A stretch of 64,000 bases of DNA from Escherichia coli (GTDB lineage: Bacteria > Pseudomonadota > Gammaproteobacteria > Enterobacterales > Enterobacteriaceae), in NCBI RefSeq assembly GCF_003991155.1, contig NZ_CP031293.1, one strand, 5' to 3'. The notes beneath the pieces are model-generated. The model ran no database searches. It was not told the origin of the DNA and saw nothing but the letters and a program-made list of their open reading frames with translations. This document shows positions 29,706 to 38,590 of the stretch, piece by piece. The translations under genes and the position numbers were made by a program. The first letter of the stretch is position 1. Each line of letters opens with the position of its first letter.

Positions 29706-31115
29706 TTAAGACTCGGGATAAATCGTATAAGCAGGAACGCAGGTGGTGCGTTTGGCCCACGGGTAATAGATAACGGCGGTAATTAACAAGCCGACAATCC
29801 AGGAGATATCCGCCCCATCCATCAGGACAGAAATGGGTCCCTGATACAGTTTTTGATTCAGGAAGGGGATCTGCACCAACACGCCTACGCCATAGCACGT
29901 CAAAGCGGTTTTGTTATACGCGCCATAACGCCCTTCCGGGGTATAAAGTGCCGGAATATCGGTTTTACCTTGTGAGATGAAGTAGTAGTCGATGAGATTA
30001 ATGGCGCTCCACGGCACAAATACCGTCAACAGCAGCAGAACGAAGTTTTTGAAATTATTCAAAAAATCTGCGCTTGCCGCCAGCGCGACGACCATCGACA
30101 ACAGCACGAACCCTACAACGTAGGCAGCACGAACACGCTGTGAAACCTGACTGCGATTATTAAAGGCGCTGACGGTCGCCAGAATCGACATAAAGCCACC
30201 GTAGGCATTCAAACAGTTCACCGTCAGTTTGCCGCAAACAATCACCGTATAAATCAGAATGGCGAAGGTGGGTCCGGCTAACTCACCCATAAAACCAACC
30301 TGATCCTTCAGGAAGTTAGCACCACAGGCCGCAACAAGCACGCCAAACGTCATGGCACATTGCGCGCCAAGCGTGGTTCCCAGAAAGGTGGCAAAGAAGA
30401 TTGATTTTGCTGGCGTATCAGAGGGTAAATAGCGGGAATAATCAGAGGCGTAAGGGGCAAACGTTAATTGCCATCCGGCAGAGAGAGCAATCGTTAATAA
30501 AAAGACCGACAGACTAAATGGCTTTTGACCAAATGCCGCAGCCACATCGTAGTGACCGCTAAGTTGAGTGGCCAGGTAAATAAACCCCAGAATACTTAAT
30601 ATCCCTGCAACACGGCCAACGACGTGAATAAGTTTATAACCGACCAATGCGATCATCGCGGTCAGCATGCCGAAAATAATAATTCCGGTCGATGCCGATT
30701 CGAAACCAAATATCCGGTTAATCGCCTGACCGGATAATACTGTACCCGTCGCGGCAAATCCAAGGTACATAATAATCACCATCAGTAACGGTAGCGCCGC
30801 TCCTTTAACGCCAAAGCGGATACGACTGGAGATCATCTGGGGTAATCCCAGCTTTGCCCCCTGCGACGAGTGCAATGCCATTACTGCACCACCAATAATA
30901 TTACCGATTAATAAACCAATTATTGCTGACATGGCTTCGGAGCCAAAAATAATCGCTAACGCGCCGTCCACCACAGCGGTAATTTGTAAGTTAGCACTTA
31001 GCCATAAAGTAAACTGACTGGATGGCGAGCCGTGGCGAGCAGACTCAGGAACGGCGTTAATCGTATTTGATTCTAATACTGGCTTTTTACTGCGGATAGG
31101 GCTGCTTGATTCCAT
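29706..31115 (-). CDS. NCS1/purine-cytosine permease family transporter, candidate urocanate importer
   Basis: Start trimmed to ATG 31115 (AGGAG 8 nt upstream). 469 aa, about 12 TM segments. Pseudomonas hut clusters carry an NCS1 permease next to hutU that has been linked to urocanate uptake. Confidence 0.8.
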   Translation of the reverse strand: MESSSPIRSKKPVLESNTINAVPESARHGSPSSQFTLWLSANLQITAVVDGALAIIFGSEAMSAIIGLLIGNIIGGAVMALHSSQGAKLGLPQMISSRIRFGVKGAALPLLMVIIMYLGFAATGTVLSGQAINRIFGFESASTGIIIFGMLTAMIALVGYKLIHVVGRVAGILSILGFIYLATQLSGHYDVAAAFGQKPFSLSVFLLTIALSAGWQLTFAPYASDYSRYLPSDTPAKSIFFATFLGTTLGAQCAMTFGVLVAACGANFLKDQVGFMGELAGPTFAILIYTVIVCGKLTVNCLNAYGGFMSILATVSAFNNRSQVSQRVRAAYVVGFVLLSMVVALAASADFLNNFKNFVLLLLTVFVPWSAINLIDYYFISQGKTDIPALYTPEGRYGAYNKTALTCYGVGVLVQIPFLNQKLYQGPISVLMDGADISWIVGLLITAVIYYPWAKRTTCVPAYTIYPES

Positions 31116-31278
31116 GAAAAAGTCTCCTGCAAAATGAGAGGTCATTTTTTGAAACAGCAATAGAGGGTCGGGAGATATTTCTCTCGACGATGTAAAAATA
31201 TTTTTTGATAATTATTGTTATACAGGCGAATTATTCTCCGCCTGTATTAGCGCAAATATTAAATGACGGCGTTAATAT

Positions 31279-32976
31279 TTAGCGAATCATCGGTAATTTC
31301 AGACCATAGTTTTTGGCACATTCAATTGCCGCTTCATAACCCGCATCCGCATGACGCATAACCCCGGACGCACAGTCATTCACCAGCACACGCGCCAGAC
31401 GTTTTTCGGCTTCTTCGCTACCATCGGCAACAATAACCATCCCGGCGTGTTGTGAATACCCCATCCCGACGCCGCCGCCATGATGCAGGGATACCCACGT
31501 TGCTCCCCCTGCAGTGTTGAGCAAACCGTTGAGCAACGGCCAGTCAGAAACCGCATCACTGCCATCAAGCATGCTTTCGGTTTCGCGGTTCGGGCTGGCG
31601 ACAGAACCGGTATCAAGATGATCGCGCCCAATCACAATCGGTGCTTTTAGTTCACCGTTGCGCACCATTTCGTTGAATGCCAGCCCCGCCAGGTGACGCT
31701 CACCAAGCCCCAGCCAGCAAATACGTGAAGGAAGTCCCTGGAAGGCAATGCGCTCGCGCGCCATATCCAGCCAGCGATGCGTCAGTACGTTATTGGGGAA
31801 CAACTCTTTAATTTTGGCATCAGTTTTATAGATATCTTCCGGGTCGCCAGACAGCGCCACCCAACGGAATGGACCTTTGCCTTCACAAAACATTGGACGA
31901 ATATAAGCCGGAACAAAGCCCGGGAAATCAAAGGCATTTTGCAGACCTTCGTTGAAGGCCACCTGGCGGATGTTGTTGCCATAATCGACAACCGGGATCC
32001 CCATCGCCTGGAAGTCCAGCATCCCCTGAACATGTGCGACGCAGCTCTGTGCCGCTTCTTTTTGCAATCTGGCGTGTTGCTGTGGATCCTGCTGTGCAGC
32101 GCGCCATTGTTCTACGCTCCAGCCCATCGGTAGGTAGCCATAAACCAGATCGTGAGCGGAAGTCTGGTCGGTCACCAGATCCGGCTTGATCGCCCCCTGA
32201 CGTGCACGTTTCACCAGTTCAGGAACAATTTCCGCCGCATTGCCCAACAGCGCGATTGAAACAGCGTCTTTGCGCTCAGTATGGTATTTAATCAGCGCCA
32301 GTGCATCATCGAGATCTTTCGCTTGTTTATCGACATAACGGGTACGCAGACGGAAGTCGATGCTACTTTGCTGGCACTCGATATTTAATGAACACGCCCC
32401 CGCCAGAGTCGCCGCCAGCGGTTGTGCACCGCCCATACCACCTAGCCCTGCGGTCAGGATCCATTTTCCACTCAGCGAATTGTTGTAGTGCTGACGACCC
32501 GCTTCAACAAAGGTTTCGAACGTTCCCTGCACAATGCCCTGACTACCGATGTAGATCCACGAGCCAGCGGTCATCTGGCCGTACATGAACAGACCTTTAC
32601 GATCCAGTTCATTGAAATGATCCCAGTTGGCCCATTGCGGTACCAGGTTAGAGTTGGCAATCAATACGCGCGGCGCATCGGTATGCGTTTTAAACACGCC
32701 TACGGGTTTACCGGACTGAACCAGCAGTGACTCATCAGCTTCCAGATTTTTCAGTGATTCAAGGATTTTGTCAAAACACTCCCAGTTACGTGCCGCACGA
32801 CCAATACCACCATACACCACCAGATGCTGTGGATTTTCGGCAACGTCGGGATCAAGGTTGTTCTGCAACATCCGATAGGCAGCTTCGATCTGCCAGTTTT
32901 TGCAGTGCAGCTGCGTACCGTGTGGCGCATGGATTACACGGCTGGTATCAATACGCGGGTCTGAAGGCTTACTCAT
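31279..32976 (-). CDS. hutU: Urocanate hydratase
   Basis: Start trimmed to ATG 32976 (AGGAGA upstream). 565 aa with the [18 protein letters not shown] site. Urocanase family throughout. Confidence 0.93.
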   Translation of the reverse strand: MSKPSDPRIDTSRVIHAPHGTQLHCKNWQIEAAYRMLQNNLDPDVAENPQHLVVYGGIGRAARNWECFDKILESLKNLEADESLLVQSGKPVGVFKTHTDAPRVLIANSNLVPQWANWDHFNELDRKGLFMYGQMTAGSWIYIGSQGIVQGTFETFVEAGRQHYNNSLSGKWILTAGLGGMGGAQPLAATLAGACSLNIECQQSSIDFRLRTRYVDKQAKDLDDALALIKYHTERKDAVSIALLGNAAEIVPELVKRARQGAIKPDLVTDQTSAHDLVYGYLPMGWSVEQWRAAQQDPQQHARLQKEAAQSCVAHVQGMLDFQAMGIPVVDYGNNIRQVAFNEGLQNAFDFPGFVPAYIRPMFCEGKGPFRWVALSGDPEDIYKTDAKIKELFPNNVLTHRWLDMARERIAFQGLPSRICWLGLGERHLAGLAFNEMVRNGELKAPIVIGRDHLDTGSVASPNRETESMLDGSDAVSDWPLLNGLLNTAGGATWVSLHHGGGVGMGYSQHAGMVIVADGSEEAEKRLARVLVNDCASGVMRHADAGYEAAIECAKNYGLKLPMIR

Positions 32977-33733
32977 GAATCTTCTCCTGTTACTTGATAA
33001 AATTAAACGCTGTAATCGGTCAGAAAAAACGAACGAATGAATATAGAAACGGTTTCTATAATTCCCGTTTATCATTTTGTATTATTAATTCATTTAGTGA
33101 ATATTGTTTGTCGTGGTATATTCACTATGAATATAAATTCAAAACCACCAACGCGTTGTATGCGAATTCAATATGCTTAATTTAACTTGTCGAAAAAGTG
33201 ATATTGTTGGCAAAATATTTTCTAATTTGAACATATGAATATGATGAGATTGCAAGATGTCAGTAATTTAATTATATGAGAAATGCGTTAATAACGACCA
33301 GATATTAGCGTAACAACAGGTGTTCCGACACCACACAGTGCGCATAACACAATGATATTTAAAATAAGATCTTCATTATTCGTCATAAAGACATGTTTTA
33401 TTATCATTAATAATCCATTTGTTTTCATCCCACTTTTGATAATTAAAAAACGGCAACAATGGATAGTTACCCGACGTAAAAACAGGCGTAAAAATAAATC
33501 TTAAAATATATCCACTGGAAATTATCATTTTTCATATTTTACAATCTGGCGTCGATAACTGACCCCTTTTATAACACCCCCGTTTGTTAATAGTCTTTTT
33601 TATCTTGTATTGATCGTCATTGCTGCATACACTACGCGCGTTTTCTTTCCCTTTTGCTGGCTGCTGACCGGAAAGACAAAATTACCCTCGCAATAAAGGG
33701 GGTTGTTTAACGTCTATATTTCAGGACAGCGTT

Positions 33734-35131
33734 ATGCATCATCTTTCAAGGCTTGATAAAGCCTTTCTGCGCAAAGGGATCCAACTTTCCCGCGCCAACA
33801 ATATTGTTTCATTATGTCGTCCATCAGGAGCCAGTGCCCACGTACTGCTGCCGGACGAACTGCCGCTGGAAGAAAAAGCAGTGACACAACTGCTTGATTT
33901 TGCAGAAGTGAAGATACCAGACCATCCAGGTTACGTACGCCAGACCTGTGCGACGCCAGATTTTCATCCCGGCAATGGCGTCCCCGTTGGCGCGGTAGTC
34001 GCCTCTACGCCGGATTTAGTCATTCCTGCGGCCATCGGCACCGATATTTCTTGTGGCATGCGGCTGCTGACGACCGGATTAACACTTGAGCAAGCCGAAG
34101 CGAATAAAGAAATAATCACTCAGCGGTTAACACAAGTGTTACTGCAAAATGAGCGCGATGTTCCGTTATCCGCACGAGCGTTCACCGCGCTTTTTGATGG
34201 CGGACCGGCAGATTGCATGTCGGCCTTGCCATCAGCAGGTCTCTGGACACGTACAAATATCCCCCGAATGACGCAAGAGATTGACCGCTGCATTGGGCTT
34301 AACGAGCATAACAGTCATTCGCGTTATGCCCCACCCGCCCTACTGGTAACGGACCGCCCATTACTCCGCGATCCTTGTCTTGGTACGCCGGGTTCAGGTA
34401 ATCATTTTATTGAACTTCAGGTGGTTGATAGCGTGGTTGATCGCCATGTTGCCTGGCAACAAGGGCTGAAAACGGGCGATATTGTGGTGATGATCCACAG
34501 TGGATCGCGAGATGTTGGCTTTTACGTCGGAAGACGCTGGATGGATCGCGCCCGTGCTGAATGGCCCACCGGACATAAACATCCACAAAGCGGGTTATAT
34601 GGCCTGGCAGGCGGACTGGCGGAGGAATATCTACAAGCGATGGGAATGGCGGCGCGTTACGCGTGGTTAAATCGCGTCACAATTGCCGAAATGGTGCGCG
34701 TATGTCTTGCCAATCTCTTTCATCAGGACAATTCGCATCTGGTGGTGGATGTGCCGCATAACATCATCCTTCGCGAGCATGAAATGAATATTCATCGCAA
34801 AGGTGCAACACCGGCACGCGCGGGCAATCTGGCGTTAATCCCCGGTTCAATGGGCGATTATTCGTGGCTTGCAGTCGGTTGCGGCAACCCGGAGTGGCTG
34901 TGGTCTTGCAGTCACGGAGCAGGACGCAGCCAGCGTCGGCAGGCCATGCACTCACGCGCGACTGAAGAGTCAACGTTGCCGTGGCAATGCGTCACATTGC
35001 GCGAAGAACGGCGTATTGAAGAAGCGCCAGCTGCTTATAAAGATATTGGTCCGGTTATCGAAGCCCAACAAGAGGCCGGATTAATTCATCCAGCGGTTAG
35101 ATTCCGACCGTGGTTAACGTTTAAGGCATAA
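33734..35131 (+). CDS. RtcB-family RNA 3'-phosphate ligase paralogue (stand-alone)
   Basis: 465 aa. RtcB signature blocks are conserved: PDFHPG, GTDISCGMR, GSGNHFIELQ, IHSGSRDVG, PHNII, HRKGATPA, IPGSMG, SHGAGR. Confidence 0.88.
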   Translation: MHHLSRLDKAFLRKGIQLSRANNIVSLCRPSGASAHVLLPDELPLEEKAVTQLLDFAEVKIPDHPGYVRQTCATPDFHPGNGVPVGAVVASTPDLVIPAAIGTDISCGMRLLTTGLTLEQAEANKEIITQRLTQVLLQNERDVPLSARAFTALFDGGPADCMSALPSAGLWTRTNIPRMTQEIDRCIGLNEHNSHSRYAPPALLVTDRPLLRDPCLGTPGSGNHFIELQVVDSVVDRHVAWQQGLKTGDIVVMIHSGSRDVGFYVGRRWMDRARAEWPTGHKHPQSGLYGLAGGLAEEYLQAMGMAARYAWLNRVTIAEMVRVCLANLFHQDNSHLVVDVPHNIILREHEMNIHRKGATPARAGNLALIPGSMGDYSWLAVGCGNPEWLWSCSHGAGRSQRRQAMHSRATEESTLPWQCVTLREERRIEEAPAAYKDIGPVIEAQQEAGLIHPAVRFRPWLTFKA

Positions 35132-35229
35132 AAAAAGGCCATCATATGATGGCCAACCATGTCGAAACCGACAGCCCTTCGCCATTCCTGTAGAGGGAAG
35201 CGGCGAGGGCTATTTCTTATTACAGATAT
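35131..35229 (-). ncRNA. sdhX: sucD 3'-UTR-derived sRNA SdhX (RybD) with its intrinsic terminator
   Basis: The 99 nt between the sucD stop and GGCCATCATATGATGGCC-TTTTTTT (hairpin 35137-35154) match the position and about 100-nt length I recall for SdhX. Sequence identity was not verified. Confidence 0.55.
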
Positions 35230-36099
35230 TTATTTCAGAACAGTTTTCAGTGCTTCACCGATATCCGCCAGGCTGCGAACGGTTTTCACGCCTGCGGCTT
35301 CCAGAGCAGCGAATTTCTCATCCGCAGTCCCTTTCCCACCGGCAATGATCGCACCTGCGTGACCCATACGTTTGCCTTTCGGCGCAGTCACACCAGCGAT
35401 GTAACCTACAACTGGCTTGGTAACGTGCTCTTTGATGTATGCAGCCGCTTCTTCTTCAGCGCTACCACCGATCTCACCGATCATCACGATCGCTTCGGTC
35501 TGCGGATCTTTTTCGAACATTTCGAGGATGTCGATAAAGTTAGAGCCAGGGATCGGGTCGCCGCCGATACCAACACAGGTCGACTGACCGAAACCGTAAT
35601 CCGTGGTCTGTTTAACCGCTTCATAGGTCAGTGTACCGGAACGGGAAACGATACCCACTTTACCCGGTTTGTGAATGTGACCAGGCTGGATACCGATTTT
35701 GCATTCACCCGGAGTGATAACGCCCGGGCAGTTCGGGCCGATCATGCGAACGCCCGCTTCATCCAGTTTCACCTTCACGGTCAGCATATCCAGCGTCGGG
35801 ATGCCTTCAGTGATGGTGATAATCAGTTTGATGCCTGCATCAATAGCTTCCAGAATGGAGTCTTTGCAGAACGGTGCTGGTACGTAGATAACAGAAGCGG
35901 TAGCGCCAGTAGCAGCAACAGCTTCACGCACGGTGTTGAACACCGGCAGGCCGAGGTGGGTGGTGCCGCCTTTACCTGGGGTTACGCCGCCAACCATTTT
36001 AGTGCCGTATGCAATAGCCTGTTCTGAGTGGAAAGTCCCCTGGCTACCGGTAAAGCCCTGGCAGATAACCTTGGTGTTTTTATCAATTAAAATGGACAT
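35230..36099 (-). CDS. sucD: Succinyl-CoA synthetase alpha subunit
   Basis: 289 aa, matching SucD. Confidence 0.97.
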
Positions 36100-37265
36100 T
36101 ATTTCCCCTCCACTGCGGCAACAACCTGCTGAGCTGCATCCGTCAGACCTTTTGCTGCAATAATATTCAGGCCGCTGTCAGCCAGTTTCTTCGCGCCGAG
36201 TTCGGCGTTGTTACCTTCCAGACGTACCACGACCGGTACGTTAACACCCACTTCCGCTACCGCGCCGATGATACCGTCAGCGATCAGGTCGCAACGAACG
36301 ATACCGCCGAAGATGTTAACCAGAACGGCTTTCACTTTGTCGTCAGAGAGGATGATTTTGAACGCTTCGGTTACGCGCTCTTTGGTTGCGCCGCCGCCAA
36401 CGTCCAGGAAGTTAGCTGGTTCGCCGCCGTGCAGTTTAACGATGTCCATGGTGCCCATCGCCAGGCCTGCGCCGTTAACCATACAACCGATGTTACCGTC
36501 CAGCGCAACGTAGTTCAGTTCCCACTGTGCAGCCTGTGCTTCACGCGGATCTTCCTGCGACTGGTCACGCATTTCGCGCAGATCAGGCTGGCGGAACAGT
36601 GCGTTGCCATCAGCGCCCAGTTTGCCGTCGAGGCAAATCAGATCGCCCTGTTTGGTGATGACCAGCGGGTTGATTTCGATCAGCGCCAGGTCGCGCTCCA
36701 GGAAAATGGTCGCCAGGCCCATGAAGATTTTGGTGAACTGCTGAACCAGTTTACCTTCCAGACCCAGTTTGAACGCCAGCTCGCGTCCCTGATACGGCAT
36801 CGGGCCAGTCAGCGGATCAAGCGCAACTTTGTGGATCAGGTGCGGAGTTTCTTCCGCCACTTTTTCGATTTCCACGCCGCCTTCGGTGGAGGCCATAAAG
36901 ACCACGCGACGTGAACTACGGTCTACAACGGCACCGAGATACAGCTCTTTAGCGATATCGGTCGCTGCTTCAACCAGAATCTGGTTAACCGGTTGGCCAT
37001 TGGCATCTGTTTGATACGTTACCAGACGCTTGCCCAGCCAGTTTTCTGCAAAAGCACGGATGTCTTCTTTGCTGTTTACCACTTTCACACCGCCCGCTTT
37101 ACCGCGGCCACCAGCGTGAACCTGACATTTCACTACCCACGGACCGGCACCGATTTTTGAAGCGGCTTCTTCTGCTTCGCGCGGAGTAGTACAGGCATAA
37201 CCCACCGGTGCTGGTAAGCCATAGCGGGCAAAAAGTTGTTTTGCCTGATATTCATGTAAGTTCAT
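36099..37265 (-). CDS. sucC: Succinyl-CoA synthetase beta subunit
   Basis: 388 aa, matching SucC ([20 protein letters not shown]). Confidence 0.97.
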
Positions 37266-37358
37266 GTGTTCTGTCCATCCTTCAGTAATCGTTATCTTTT
37301 AAACCGTAGACCGACACCCTATCCACGTCGGTCTACAGTGCAGGTGAAACTTAAACTA

Positions 37359-38576
37359 CTACACGTCCAGCAGCAGACGCGTCGGATCTTCCAGCAACTC
37401 TTTGATCGTTACCAGGAAGCCCACGGATTCGCGACCATCGATCAGACGGTGATCGTAGGACAGCGCCAGGTACATCATCGGCAGGATCTCAACCTGACCA
37501 TTCACCGCCATCGGACGATCTTTGATAGCGTGCATACCCAGAATTGCGCTCTGCGGCGGGTTGATGATCGGCGTAGACATCAGGGAACCGAACACACCAC
37601 CGTTGGTGATGGTGAAGTTACCACCGGTCAGATCTTCAACCGTCAGCTTGCCGTCACGGCCTTTAACTGCCAGCTCTTTAATTTTCTTCTCAATGTCTGC
37701 CATACCGAGGGTATCGACATCACGCAGTACCGGCGTCACCAGGCCGCGCGGCGTAGAAACCGCCATGCTGACGTCGAAATAGTTGTGGTAAACCACGTCA
37801 TCGCCGTCGATAGAAGCATTCACTTCCGGGTAACGTTTCAGGGCTTCAACCACCGCTTTCACGTAGAAGGACATAAAGCCCAGACGGATGCCGTGGCGTT
37901 TTTCAAACGCTTCACCGTACTGCTTACGCAGATCCATAATCGGCTTCATGTTGACTTCGTTGAACGTGGTCAGCATGGCGGTGGAGTTTTTCGCTTCCAG
38001 CAGACGCTCTGCCACACGCTTACGCAGGCGAGTCATCGGCACACGTTTTTCGCTACGTGCAGCCAGGGCCGGTTGCGCCGCCGGAGCAGCCGCTGCCGGA
38101 GCAGACTCTTTCGCCGGGGCTTTCGCCAGATGTTTTTCCACATCTTCACGGGTCAGACGACCACCTACACCGGTGCCTTTAATGGCGCTGGCATCAAGAT
38201 TGTGTTCAGCCAGCAGGCGACGGATCGCCGGGCTTAAAGCATCGTTGTTTTGCTCTTCCAGAGACGCCTGCTGGCGTTGCGCCGGAGTGGACGCTTTCTC
38301 TTCAGATTTGGCGCTGGTTTCTTTACCGGCGCTGTTGCCTTCACGCAGGCGACCAAGGATCTGACGAGACGTTACCGTTGTACCTTCATCTTCCAGAACC
38401 GCATCCAGAATGCCGTCTGCTGATGCCGGTACTTCCAGTACCACTTTGTCAGTTTCGATTTCTACCAGCACTTCATCACGTACGACTGCGTCGCCGGGTT
38501 TTTTATGCCAGGTTGCGACGGTGGCATCGGCTACGGATTCAGGCAGGTCAGGGACCAGAATATCTACGCTACTCAT
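37359..38576 (-). CDS. sucB: 2-Oxoglutarate dehydrogenase E2, dihydrolipoyl succinyltransferase
   Basis: 405 aa with lipoyl domain, linker and catalytic domain, matching SucB. Confidence 0.97.
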
Positions 38577-38590
38577 TGTGTATCCTTTAT

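Noticed and set aside
33185-33733. A prfH-like or rtcA-like partner gene, or a Y-RNA or tRNA-like RNA, upstream of the RtcB paralogue
   Set aside because: There is no ORF of suitable size, and only short 5-7 bp stems (for example GGTGT-tccg-ACACC at about 33319). Nothing is convincing without covariance-model searches.
11186-35131. Calling island 1 (and island 2 at 46860-54665) a mobile element
   Set aside because: No integrase, transposase, IS terminal repeats, phage or conjugation genes, tRNA-adjacent att site or flanking direct repeats were found. They are reported as accessory islands only.
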